Of a stretch of 52,232 bases of DNA, positions 1 to 8,981 are shown piece after piece. The notes under the pieces are model-generated. The model saw only the letters and a program-made list of their open reading frames with translations, did not search any database and was not told the DNA's origin. Position numbers and translations under genes: made by a program. Location: positions 1-52,232 of the forward strand of contig JAADIO010000039.1 in the NCBI GenBank assembly GCA_013151235.1, in the 5' to 3' direction. Within the stretch, counting starts at the first letter, position 1; each line of letters opens with the position of its first letter. The stretch is from Deltaproteobacteria bacterium. GTDB taxonomy: Bacteria > CG2-30-53-67.

Positions 1-71
1 AACTTCCCAATCCCACATCATTTAAGGTGGGGCAGGAGTACTTTTTTTTCTTGACAACTGTCAACCATATC
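1..71 (+). mobile_element. Right end of a putative IS110-superfamily (IS1111-like) insertion sequence, truncated by the window edge
   Basis: 34-71 is the exact reverse complement of 52195-52232. Outward-facing TTGACA (51-56), then a 12-nt segment ending CCAT (57-68), then 3 nt to a junction inside a REP-like palindrome. No transposase in the window. Confidence 0.55.
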
Positions 72-131
72 AGCTTGTCGAAGGAAGCCGGCCGAAGGGT
101 CGAAGGGCTTCGACTTTTTACGAGACCATCA
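72..131. repeat. Right half of the REP/MITE-like element, interrupted by the IS
   Basis: agcttgtcgaagg...gactttttacgagaccatca matches the right parts of the copies at 21065-21201 and 29402-29628. Confidence 0.85.
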
Positions 132-158
132 AAGTTTACAGTCGTAAGGAGGCTTTCC

Positions 159-215
159 GTGAGCAATGTACAAAGTTTAAACCACGCGGTGTGGGATTGC
201 AAGTATCACATGTGA
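159..215 (+). pseudogene. N-terminal remnant of an IS200/IS605 Y1 transposase (TnpA)
   Basis: RBS aaggagg (146-152), GTG start, peptide SNVQSLNHAVWDCKYHM* resembling the SLxHxxWxCKYH N-terminus of IS200 TnpA; stops after 18 codons. Confidence 0.7.
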
Positions 216-338
216 ATTCCGAATGGTCGATTCTCTCGGTGCGTCACCGTGTTAACGAACAGGCTCCCAAGGGTTGCGAATTTTCGCAATTATGGCATAG
301 TGTGTAGACTGGTAAAGAATTCGGAAAAGGAGTTTTAG

Positions 339-1703
339 ATGGCTATTCGATCGATCAATCCGGCGACGGGTGATGTGCTGGAGTCTTTTGAAGAATGGGA
401 GGAGGGGAAGGTTGCATCGACGCTTCACGATGTGGACCGGGCCTTTCAGTCCTGGCGGGAGACCTCTTTCGGTGAGCGGGCGGCCCTCATGAAGAAGGCG
501 GCCGAGGTGCTGCGGGGGAACGTAGAGGAATACGGGCGGATCATGTCCACGGAGATGGGCAAACCGATCGTTCAGGCCCGAGCCGAGGTGGAGAAGTGCG
601 CCTGGGTTTGTGAATATTATGCGGAGCACGCCGAAGGATTTCTGGCGGATGAGATCATTGAAACGGATGCCGACAGAAGTTATGTCCGTTTTGCTCCCCT
701 CGGTACGGTTCTTGCCGTCATGCCCTGGAACTTTCCTTTCTGGCAGGTCTTCCGTTTTGCCGCTCCCGCCCTGATGGCCGGGAACACGGGGGTGCTGAAA
801 CACTCCTCCAATGTTCCGGGATGTGCCCTGTCTATTGAAAAGGTTTTTCGGGAGGCCGGTTTCCCTGAAAATGTTTTTCGGAGTCTCCTGATCGGTCCTT
901 CCCGTGTCGAGGCCGTTATCGAAAGCCCCTTCGTCCGGGCCGTCACCTTGACCGGGAGCAGTGCCGCCGGTTCCAAGGTTGCGATGCAGGCCGGGCGTGT
1001 CCTGAAGAAGAGCGTTCTGGAATTAGGCGGAAGTGATCCTTTCATCGTTCTTGCCGATGCGGATCTGGAAGAAGCGGCCGGGATCGGGGTGAATGCCCGG
1101 TGCCTCAATTCCGGGCAGAGCTGTATCGCCGCAAAGCGGTTCATCGTCGTTGATTCCGTGCTGGACGATTTTCTTTCCCGCTTTCGGAAGAACATGGAGG
1201 CACTTGTCGTGGGCGATCCTTTAGGCGATGCGACGCAGGTCGGTCCCCAGGCAAGGGAGGATCTGATGCGCGATCTCCACGACCAGGTGGAACGGTCCGT
1301 TGCGCAGGGAGCGATGTTGATTACAGGCGGCAAGCCTCTCGAGCGGCCGGGGTACTTTTATCCTCCTACTCTTGTCTCGAATGTGAAGCCGGGGATGCCG
1401 GTCTTTGACGAGGAACTCTTCGGCCCGGTGGCGGCGGTGATTTCCGTTGCGGATGAGGAAGAGGCGGTGATGCGGGCGAACCAGACCTGTTATGGGTTAG
1501 GCGCCTCGATCTGGACGAAGGATCCCGTCCGGGGGGAACGGCTTGCCCGGAGGATTGAAGCAGGCGCCGTTTTTATCAATGGGATGGTGGCCTCCGACCC
1601 GAGACTTCCCTTCGGCGGGATCAAGGCCTCGGGCTACGGCCGGGAACTCTCCCGTTACGGGATCAAGGAATTCGTGAACATCCAGACGGTGTGGGTGAAG
1701 TGA
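339..1703 (+). CDS. NAD(P)-dependent aldehyde dehydrogenase, succinate-semialdehyde dehydrogenase (GabD/Sad)-like
   Basis: PWNFP, LTGS, LELGGSDP, catalytic GQSCIA, EELFGP and PFGGIKASGYGRE motifs; RBS aggag. Confidence 0.9.
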   Translation: MAIRSINPATGDVLESFEEWEEGKVASTLHDVDRAFQSWRETSFGERAALMKKAAEVLRGNVEEYGRIMSTEMGKPIVQARAEVEKCAWVCEYYAEHAEGFLADEIIETDADRSYVRFAPLGTVLAVMPWNFPFWQVFRFAAPALMAGNTGVLKHSSNVPGCALSIEKVFREAGFPENVFRSLLIGPSRVEAVIESPFVRAVTLTGSSAAGSKVAMQAGRVLKKSVLELGGSDPFIVLADADLEEAAGIGVNARCLNSGQSCIAAKRFIVVDSVLDDFLSRFRKNMEALVVGDPLGDATQVGPQAREDLMRDLHDQVERSVAQGAMLITGGKPLERPGYFYPPTLVSNVKPGMPVFDEELFGPVAAVISVADEEEAVMRANQTCYGLGASIWTKDPVRGERLARRIEAGAVFINGMVASDPRLPFGGIKASGYGRELSRYGIKEFVNIQTVWVK

Positions 1704-1747
1704 AAAAAGAGGGTCTTTCTGAATCCTGCCGCTATACGTAAAGTTTG

Positions 1748-1776
1748 TTGACTTCAAGGATCTCTTCTGATACTTT
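1748..1776 (+). promoter_or_regulatory. Putative sigma70 promoter of hicBA
   Basis: TTGACT (1748-53), 17 nt, TACTTT (1771-76), with an extended TG. Confidence 0.4.
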
Positions 1777-1811
1777 GCGTGTATAAATTGTGCTGATACT
1801 TGGAGGTGGAC

Positions 1812-2024
1812 ATGAAATTTCGTGTCATTGTTGAACAAGATGAAGATGGCGTTTTTGTTGCCGAATGTCCGACTTTGCCGGGATGTGTATCACAGGGGGC
1901 CACTTATCGGGAAGCTGTGCTGAATATCTCTGAGGCAATCAAGGGCTATCTGGAGAGCCTGAAAAAACACAATGACCCCATTCCTCCTCCGATTTATGAA
2001 GAAATCATTGAGGTCAATGTATGA
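1812..2024 (+). CDS. hicB: HicB-family antitoxin (short form, no HTH)
   Basis: MKFRVIVEQDEDGVFVAECPTLPGCVSQGATYREA is a typical HicB signature; RBS ggaggt before ATG 1812. Confidence 0.88.
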   Translation: MKFRVIVEQDEDGVFVAECPTLPGCVSQGATYREAVLNISEAIKGYLESLKKHNDPIPPPIYEEIIEVNV

Positions 2025-2248
2025 CAAGACTTCCGGTCATTTCCGGCAAGGAAGCTGTCAGGGCATTTTCAAGAATTGGATATCAGGTTGACCATCAGAC
2101 AGGAAGCCACATTATCTTAAGGCGAGAGTCCCCTCCTTTTCGACGACTTACAATCCCCAATCATAAAGAACTTGCGAAAGGTACTTTTCGTGCGCTTTTA
2201 CGGCAAGCTGGAATCAGCGTGAAGGAGTTTCGTGATCTTCTTGGATAG
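2021..2248 (+). CDS. hicA: HicA-family mRNA interferase toxin
   Basis: GSH motif and TIPNHKELAKGT; ATGA overlap with hicB. Confidence 0.9.
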   Translation: MTRLPVISGKEAVRAFSRIGYQVDHQTGSHIILRRESPPFRRLTIPNHKELAKGTFRALLRQAGISVKEFRDLLG

Positions 2249-2387
2249 AATCCTCCGTTCTTCATGGCTTGCTGAAGATCTTCCGGTGGAGTTTTTTCCG
2301 GTGGTTGGGAAGTAACCTTCGGTTTTCCTTTCTGCACGAGGCTGCTTCGCCGCAGCCGGAAGGGATTGTGGAGAACGCTCATATTAT

Positions 2388-2421
2388 AAAAGCCCGGTCG
2401 GAAAATTCCGGCCGGGCTTTT
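2388..2421. terminator. Bidirectional intrinsic terminator between hicA and the porin
   Basis: aaaagcccggtcggaa-aa-ttccggccgggctttt hairpin with A and T tracts, between convergent genes. Confidence 0.8.
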
Positions 2422-2452
2422 GGTTGGGGGGGGGTACAACTCTGTCGGTTGA

Positions 2453-3526
2453 TTAAAAACTGACCTGGAACTGGGCCAGCACGACGTTATCCTTGTATCC
2501 GCCGGTTACCTTCGTGTTCCATTCGTCTCCGCCGGTAAAAACGTAGTTCAACTGGATCCTCGCGCTCTCCTTCTTTTTCGGGAGGAGGTAGATGTTCAAA
2601 CCGACGAAAGTGTTGGTCAGGTTGGTATCGTTCAGATCTTCCTTTCCGGAGTAGTAGCGGACGACCCCTTCCAGCATCGGGGTGAACCGGTAGCCTGCAT
2701 GCAGATACCAGACCTTCTGGTCTTTGTCCTTCGTTCCCTTAAGATTGGAGCCGTCGATATATTCCCCTTTCAGTGTCAGGTGCTGGATATGGTAGGCGGC
2801 TGCGGCGTCCCAGACCTTGTAATCTTCGGTGTTCGCTCCGCCGGCGTTCTGACTCTTGCCGAAGGATGCTTCGGCGTGGAGGGTTTTTCCCATGTCGTAA
2901 TGAATCCGGGCCGCATAGGCTGCGTCATCCCCCTTGGTGCCGGCGGAAACCACGGAACTTCGCGTCGTCGGGTTGAAATAGCCGATATCGTAACCGAGCC
3001 CGGTGCCGCCGATATTCCGGCCGCTCAGCATGGCGCCGAGGGAACGCTCCAGGACCAGTTTCTTTTCCATGCCCCGCTTTGTGATGTCGAGTTTTTTCCC
3101 GGAGATGTTGAAGTCCATCCCCACGGGTGTCTTGAACATCCCGACCTGGACCTTTGCGGCCTTGTTGAACTTGTAACCCACAACGGCGTCCTTGATGATT
3201 TGCGGCAGGAGGCCGACGTTTGAACTGTCCGTTTTGTTGAAGTCAACCTGGAGTTTACTGAAGACCTTCCCCCATTTCACCTTGTAACCAAGACGAACCC
3301 GGTCGGCGCCGAACCGAAGGCCGTTGTCGGTGTTGGTCTCTTTTTTCATGAGTCCGTCCCCGGTCTCGGCCGTCATCTGGGAGAATCCGAAGAGGTTGAG
3401 TTTAAGCGTCCGGCCTGCGACGTCTTTCTTGAAGATTCCTACGGCTCCGGCTCTCCCGGGCGCCGTGGCCATGACAAAGAACCCAACGATCATCCATATT
3501 CCTGCGGTGGTAAGAAGTTTTTTCAA
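2453..3526 (-). CDS. Outer-membrane porin, OprO/OprP (oxyanion-selective)-like
   Basis: Signal peptide, alternating beta-strand pattern, VQVGMFKTPVG resembling the GQFKxPF porin O/P motif, C-terminal QFQVSF. Confidence 0.75.
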   Translation of the reverse strand: MKKLLTTAGIWMIVGFFVMATAPGRAGAVGIFKKDVAGRTLKLNLFGFSQMTAETGDGLMKKETNTDNGLRFGADRVRLGYKVKWGKVFSKLQVDFNKTDSSNVGLLPQIIKDAVVGYKFNKAAKVQVGMFKTPVGMDFNISGKKLDITKRGMEKKLVLERSLGAMLSGRNIGGTGLGYDIGYFNPTTRSSVVSAGTKGDDAAYAARIHYDMGKTLHAEASFGKSQNAGGANTEDYKVWDAAAAYHIQHLTLKGEYIDGSNLKGTKDKDQKVWYLHAGYRFTPMLEGVVRYYSGKEDLNDTNLTNTFVGLNIYLLPKKKESARIQLNYVFTGGDEWNTKVTGGYKDNVVLAQFQVSF

Positions 3527-3688
3527 TGTTGCGCCTCCTTTCGTACAATTTCCGTTTGTGATGCTCTAAACATTGCGAATCGGAATGCTTGGCCTGTAAC
3601 TCGTAGAGAGCATCAGGACTTAAGGTTGCTTTTTATCACCTCCCCCATGATGAAGTGTGTAGGATGTTTTGTGGTAATGTACGGTACA

Positions 3689-3704
3689 GCAAAAAACATG
3701 CCTG
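3689..3704 (-). promoter_or_regulatory. sigma54 (-24/-12) promoter of the porin
   Basis: Minus strand reads caGGcatgttttttGC, an exact GG-N10-GC. Confidence 0.7.
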
Positions 3705-3773
3705 TTTTTCTTGGTCTTCTTGTCGGTCGGACCGGCGGAAATGGACATAACAGAACAATTTTCCTGATCGGCA

Positions 3774-3789
3774 TGTTCAGGAATGTACA
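3774..3789. promoter_or_regulatory. Putative enhancer (UAS) box TGTTCAGGAATGTACA
   Basis: TGT-N10-ACA, near-identical to boxes at 4120-4135 and 13443-13458. Confidence 0.55.
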
Positions 3790-4119
3790 GTTTTTTGTTT
3801 TGATCGAGGCCTCATTGTTGATGTTTTCTGAGTGAAGGTCTGACTTCACCGGAGCGGATTCCCGCTTTCGTTTGATTCATGCTTTTGTCGATGGTTCAAA
3901 CATCCAGGGTTTTCGGGGTTTGCCCTTGTGCTGTACGGAGCATACGATTCCGACGGCGCAACGAGCATCCTGATTGTGTTGTATGTCGGTGCAGATCGTT
4001 TGCCTGCGTGTAACAGGGGTTGTGAATGGAAGCCCGGTTTTGTCTTTGTTCTCCGTCCATCCCGTTCCGCAAGAGGAGCATCATGAACGCACGTTTCCGT
4101 ACAGTTGAATCATACGGGG

Positions 4120-4135
4120 TGTCCGGAAATGTACA
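4120..4135. promoter_or_regulatory. Putative UAS box TGTCCGGAAATGTACA upstream of the sox operon
   Basis: Same 16-bp consensus; a degenerate second copy follows at 4140-4155. Confidence 0.55.
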
Positions 4136-4162
4136 TTCTTGTCCTGAATTGTCCATGAATAA

Positions 4163-4179
4163 TAGGCATGTGCTTTGCA
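4163..4179 (+). promoter_or_regulatory. sigma54 promoter of the sox operon
   Basis: taGGcatgtgctttGCa, GG-N10-GC. Confidence 0.7.
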
Positions 4180-4191
4180 TATTCCCTCTTT

Positions 4192-4623
4192 ATGAAATGC
4201 TCTCATTTGATTGCTCTTATCGTGTTGGTGATGTCGTCCTTGGTAATGACCTCGGGTGTTTTTGCCGAGGCTCCGATCAAGATGCTTTTTTTCTATCAGA
4301 ATGGATGCCGCTGGTGTATGCAGATGGAAGAAATCCTTCATGAGCCGGATATGGAGGGTCTTCTTTCACGACGTATACAGGTGATCCGGATTAATGTTCA
4401 GGGGCGGGAAAAAACTTCTGTTCTTGGAAAGGAGGGGAGGGATCTGGCACAGGAGTTTCACGTTTATGGAACCCCCACAATCATCCTGGTCGGAGGTGGA
4501 GAGAAAGAACTTCTAAGAATTCCGGGTGCTCTGTCGAAGAAGGATTTTCTGGACCTTGTCTGTCGATATCTTCCGGATATGGGGAAGAAGACCGGTTGTG
4601 GGAAAAAAAACGGGACATTATAG
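4192..4623 (+). CDS. Periplasmic thioredoxin-fold protein, SoxW/SoxS-like
   Basis: Signal peptide, CRWC active site, cis-Pro motif YGTPT; first gene of the sox operon; start uncertain. Confidence 0.75.
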   Translation: MKCSHLIALIVLVMSSLVMTSGVFAEAPIKMLFFYQNGCRWCMQMEEILHEPDMEGLLSRRIQVIRINVQGREKTSVLGKEGRDLAQEFHVYGTPTIILVGGGEKELLRIPGALSKKDFLDLVCRYLPDMGKKTGCGKKNGTL

Positions 4624-4673
4624 TGTTAAAATAGGATTCTTGATGTTAACGGACGTGGGAAAGGAGAAGCTTT

Positions 4674-5060
4674 ATGGATGTAAGGGAGAAGGTTTTGTTC
4701 AAGGGGTTTTTCGGGGTGTTGGCAGGAGTCGTGATCCTCTCGGTCATCTTCGCAGCGCCGATTTGGGCTCATGCCGGGAATGCCGGGAACGGAGAGAAGA
4801 TTGTAAAGACCCGGAAGCTGGGAAACTGTATTTCCTGCCATTACCTTCCCGGTGTTGAATCGCCGGGGGATATCGGACCGAGCCTGGTGGATGTGATGCG
4901 GGGATTTACGAAGGCGGACCGCAAGGTAGTTAGACAGTGGGTCCGGGATGCCCGGAGATTCAATCCCGACACGATTATGCCGCCTTTTGGTCCCAACAAG
5001 CTGTTGACGCCTGAACAGATTGATGATGTGGTTGAATATCTTTTCACCTTGAAAAAATAG
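4674..5060 (+). CDS. soxX: Sulfur oxidation c-type cytochrome SoxX
   Basis: GNCISCH heme site, GDIGPSL, NPDTIMPPFG (Met ligand); upstream of soxY. Confidence 0.92.
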   Translation: MDVREKVLFKGFFGVLAGVVILSVIFAAPIWAHAGNAGNGEKIVKTRKLGNCISCHYLPGVESPGDIGPSLVDVMRGFTKADRKVVRQWVRDARRFNPDTIMPPFGPNKLLTPEQIDDVVEYLFTLKK

Positions 5061-5144
5061 CTGTGGAAGAATGAGGGGGGGAGGACGAGTTGCGTCCAAA
5101 ACTCAGGAACATTCACAATCTTTAAACGAGTAAGGAGATCAGCA

Positions 5145-5669
5145 ATGAAAGAAAAGGGTCAAACGTTGTCGAGAAGAGAATTCCTGACGAAAACCGGCTT
5201 TGCATCGGTTGCTCTTCTTACGGTCGGCACTCTTGGTTCCGTCATTCCCGTCCGTAAGGAAAGTCTTGCCTCTTGGATCGCTCCGCGTGATGCTGCAGCG
5301 ATGGCGTTGAAAGATGTCAACGAGGAACTGAAGGCAACCTTTGGGAACCGGAAGATCGAGCTGTCCCATGTGACCATGAAGGCCCCCATTATTGCGGAAA
5401 ACGGCGGCGTGGTACCAATCAACATTTCTTCAGATCTGCCGATGAAGCCGGGGAACTATGTAAAGAAGATTTATGTCTATGTGGATAAAAATTATGATCC
5501 CTATGTCGGTAGTGTCGATCTGACTCCGGCGAATGGGAAGGCCGCCTTTTCACTCCGGATCAAGATGCGGAAGACCTCTCAGGTGCGTGCGATCCTGGAG
5601 ACGAGTCAGGGTAAGCTTTATGCTGCGGTGAAGACCGTTAAGGTAACGATCGGTGGGTGTGGCGGTTGA
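5145..5669 (+). CDS. soxY: Thiosulfate carrier SoxY
   Basis: Tat signal SRREFL, APIIAENGGVVP, C-terminal VKVTIGGCGG swinging arm. Confidence 0.97.
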   Translation: MKEKGQTLSRREFLTKTGFASVALLTVGTLGSVIPVRKESLASWIAPRDAAAMALKDVNEELKATFGNRKIELSHVTMKAPIIAENGGVVPINISSDLPMKPGNYVKKIYVYVDKNYDPYVGSVDLTPANGKAAFSLRIKMRKTSQVRAILETSQGKLYAAVKTVKVTIGGCGG

Positions 5670-5758
5670 TTTTCCATTCCCTCATCGGAGGATTGTCACG
5701 GGCTGCAGGAACGACTATAAACCATCGTTGAAATGAGAAAGAAATAAGGAGAATAACA

Positions 5759-6094
5759 ATGCCTAAAGGAGTGGGAAAGATCAAAATCAGATTGCCCAGA
5801 ACCGTGAAAAGAGGCCAGGTGATTGCAGTGAAGGCGCTGATTACGCATCCCATGGAGACGGGGTTCAGGAAAAACAAGAAGACCAAGAAAAAGATTCCGG
5901 CTTATTATATCAATGATGTGAGCGTTTTTTACGGGGGCCGACTCGTCACGCATTCGGACTGGACGATTGCCGTCAGCACGAATCCTTTCATCACCTTCTA
6001 TCTGAAAGCGGACAAGACGGCGCCGTTGAAGATTGTCTGGAAGGATAACAAAGGCGGGGTTTTTGAGAAGACCGTACAGATTATACCCCGGTAG
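5759..6094 (+). CDS. soxZ: SoxZ
   Basis: LITHPMETGFRK...IPAYYI...VSTNPF...WKDNKG. Confidence 0.96.
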   Translation: MPKGVGKIKIRLPRTVKRGQVIAVKALITHPMETGFRKNKKTKKKIPAYYINDVSVFYGGRLVTHSDWTIAVSTNPFITFYLKADKTAPLKIVWKDNKGGVFEKTVQIIPR

Positions 6095-6143
6095 ATTGTG
6101 TGTCCGAATATTCCTATCCAACTGAGTGGGAGGTAATGGGAAA

Positions 6144-7001
6144 ATGCAAAATAAGATATCGATTCTGTTGAATATGATGGCCGTCTTTACCGGAGTCGTT
6201 CTGGTTCTGGGAATTCTGAATTCCTGTGCAGGCACCCGGGAAGCAACACACTCCGGTGGTACGGTTGTCAAAGAGTTTACACCGAGCATGTCTTTCGAAG
6301 AGTATCAGAAACGTTATAATGAGTACTACGGGGATGCAACTGCGCAGATGGCCGAGGAGGGAAATCCGGCGGAATTTCTCCTGGATGACGGCAAGGATCT
6401 TGCTAATACCGTGGCCGGGACCAAAGGGAAGTCGTGTGCAAGCTGTCATGGAAAGGATGCTGTAAAGCTGAAAGGGGTGGCCGCGACCTTCCCGAAGTAC
6501 AATGCCGATCTCAAAGGAATTATGACTCTTCCCCTACAGATTAATCTTTGCCGGAAGAATGCGATGGGCGCCGAGCCCCTGAAATACGAATCCTATGATC
6601 AACTTTCTCTGACCATGTATATCCGGTCCCTCTCCAACGGGATGCCGATTCATGTTTCTATCGACGGCCCGGCCCGTCCTTTTTATGAAAAGGGCAAGGC
6701 CTTTTATTACAAGCGGCAGGGGCAGTGGAATTTCAGCTGTGCCATCTGTCATGTTAAATATGCCGGTTACCGGGCGCGGGCGAACCTGCTCTCGAATAAC
6801 AAACACCATGTTGATCACTGGCCCTGCTATCGGCTCAAATGGGGCAAAACCGGGTCTTTGCATAGGCGGTTTCGGGGCTGTATGAAGAACATGCGTGCCA
6901 AACCGCTGGCCTATCAGAGCGAAGACTATCGGAACATGGAACTCTATCTGACCCACATTGCCAACGGAGAGCCGATCCAGGTGCCCGGGATGAGAATGTA
7001 A
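6144..7001 (+). CDS. soxA: Diheme SoxA (L-cysteine S-thiosulfotransferase)
   Basis: CASCH and CAICH heme sites, active-site RRFRGCM, C-terminal PGMR; ATG 6144 follows RBS ggaggt. Confidence 0.95.
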   Translation: MQNKISILLNMMAVFTGVVLVLGILNSCAGTREATHSGGTVVKEFTPSMSFEEYQKRYNEYYGDATAQMAEEGNPAEFLLDDGKDLANTVAGTKGKSCASCHGKDAVKLKGVAATFPKYNADLKGIMTLPLQINLCRKNAMGAEPLKYESYDQLSLTMYIRSLSNGMPIHVSIDGPARPFYEKGKAFYYKRQGQWNFSCAICHVKYAGYRARANLLSNNKHHVDHWPCYRLKWGKTGSLHRRFRGCMKNMRAKPLAYQSEDYRNMELYLTHIANGEPIQVPGMRM

Positions 7002-7062
7002 GGTATCATGGGGGGAGTCCGCCGCAATCAACCGGGGATAGGATTTTCAGAAGGAGTGAATA

Positions 7063-8721
7063 ATGCGTTTGACAAGACGGGATTTTATGCAGATGGCCGG
7101 ACTTGCGGTCGGCTCCGCCTGGCTGACTCCGTCGGCGCTCGCCCGCAAATTGCGGCCGGAGAATCTTCTTAGATTCACGCCCAAAGGGGACCTCACTATC
7201 CTGCATACTACGGACAGTCATGCACAACTGGTCCCGATCTATTATCGGGAACCGGATGCTAATATCGGCGTCGGAGCTGCGGAAGGCAAGCCACCTCATC
7301 TGTGCGGCAAGGAATTTCTCAGGTATTACGGCCTGAAGCCGGACAGCCTTGAGGCCTATGCCTACACCAGTGACGATTATATCGCCCTTGCGAAGGAGTT
7401 TGGGAAAATGGGGGGATATGCCCACCTGATGACGCTGATCCGGAAGATTCGGGCGGAGCGGTCGGGCAAGGTCCTCTACATCGATACCGGGGACACCCTG
7501 CAGGGATCGGCGACGAGTCTCTGGACCCGCGGCGAAGATATGGTCCGTGTCCTGAACCAGATGGGATGTGAAGCGTTGGCCGGGCATTGGGAATTTACCT
7601 ATGGTGAAGAACGGGTCCTGGAACTGGTCAAGATGATGAACTTTCCCTTCCTTGCACAGAATGTGCATGATGCCACATGGGGTGATCAGATCTTCAAACC
7701 CTATACGATCAAGTCCGTCAACGGTCTTTCCGTGGCGCTGATCGGGCAGGCCTTTCCCTACACACCGATCGCTAATCCGAGGCGGTTTATTCCAAACTGG
7801 TCTTTCGGGATTCGGGAGGAGAACATGCAGTCCGTTGTGAACGAGGTTCGGGCCAAGAAGGTCGATCTCGTCGTGGTGCTTTCCCACAACGGGATGGATG
7901 TGGACCAGAAAATGGTCAGCCGGGTCAAGGGAATTGACGTGATCCTGGGAGGGCATACGCATGATGGTGTTCCGAAGCCGGTGGTGGTTGGGAACACGCT
8001 GGTTATCGGATCAGGATGTTACGGGAAGTTTCTCTCCCGGCTGGATCTCGATGTAAAAGGGAAAAAGATTGTCGATTATTCTTATCGGCTGATTCCCGTG
8101 ATGTCGGAGATGATTGATCCGGACCCGGAGATGGAACAGTTGATCCGGAAGATCCGGCGGCCCTATCAGAAAAAACTCGGGGAAGTTGTCTGCGAGACGG
8201 AGAGTCTGCTCTACCGCCGCGGGAATCTGGACGGCAGTTTTGACGAGCTGATCTGTGATGCCTTGCTGGATCATTACGATGTTGATTTTGCCCTTTCTCC
8301 CGGCTTTCGCTGGGGGCGTACGGTTCTGCCCGGTCCGGTAACAGCGGAAGATGTCTATTCGCAGACGGCATTGACCTATCCGAACACCTATAAAGCAAAG
8401 ATCAGTGGAAAAACACTGAAGGCGGTTCTGGAAGACATTACCGATAATATTTACAACCCCGATCCCTATCGTCAGCAGGGGGGGGATATGGTCCGGAGCA
8501 AAGGGCTCGAATTCAGTGTGATCCTCGCGGGGACCATGGGGAACCGTGTGCATAATATCAAGGTTCGGGGCAGGGACGTGAAACCGGATGACCAGTTTAC
8601 CTTTTCCGGTTGGGCCTCCATGGCCGAACAGCCGGGGCCGCCTGTTTACGATATTGTCCTGAACTATGCACGAAAAAAGAGAAAGGTCCGGGTGAAGCTG
8701 GATCGGCCGAAGTTGATCTGA
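7063..8721 (+). CDS. soxB: Thiosulfohydrolase SoxB
   Basis: Tat signal TRRDFM, HTTDSHAQL, DTGDTLQGS, GHWEFTYG, GGHTHD, NPDPYRQQGGDMVR. Confidence 0.97.
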   Translation: MRLTRRDFMQMAGLAVGSAWLTPSALARKLRPENLLRFTPKGDLTILHTTDSHAQLVPIYYREPDANIGVGAAEGKPPHLCGKEFLRYYGLKPDSLEAYAYTSDDYIALAKEFGKMGGYAHLMTLIRKIRAERSGKVLYIDTGDTLQGSATSLWTRGEDMVRVLNQMGCEALAGHWEFTYGEERVLELVKMMNFPFLAQNVHDATWGDQIFKPYTIKSVNGLSVALIGQAFPYTPIANPRRFIPNWSFGIREENMQSVVNEVRAKKVDLVVVLSHNGMDVDQKMVSRVKGIDVILGGHTHDGVPKPVVVGNTLVIGSGCYGKFLSRLDLDVKGKKIVDYSYRLIPVMSEMIDPDPEMEQLIRKIRRPYQKKLGEVVCETESLLYRRGNLDGSFDELICDALLDHYDVDFALSPGFRWGRTVLPGPVTAEDVYSQTALTYPNTYKAKISGKTLKAVLEDITDNIYNPDPYRQQGGDMVRSKGLEFSVILAGTMGNRVHNIKVRGRDVKPDDQFTFSGWASMAEQPGPPVYDIVLNYARKKRKVRVKLDRPKLI

Positions 8722-8981
8722 TCCACCGGGCTTTCGCTGGGAGTTATATGCCTATCCGGTCTTTTGATGCTCTTCGGTAATGAAAGGCCGTGATATTCGA
8801 AAAACGGGCCATCCTGTATATCTCTAAGATTGCTTCAGCGTTGCGCAAAGGCTGGCTCCTTTCATCAGTTTATACGGAATCGGTGACTGAGGTGCTCTTG
8901 AAGCGGATTGACTTTGAGGGCACTTTTTTTTAGAATGAGCCGCAAGTTGCTTTGAAAATCTTTCCCGAAGGGAACCGTCCC

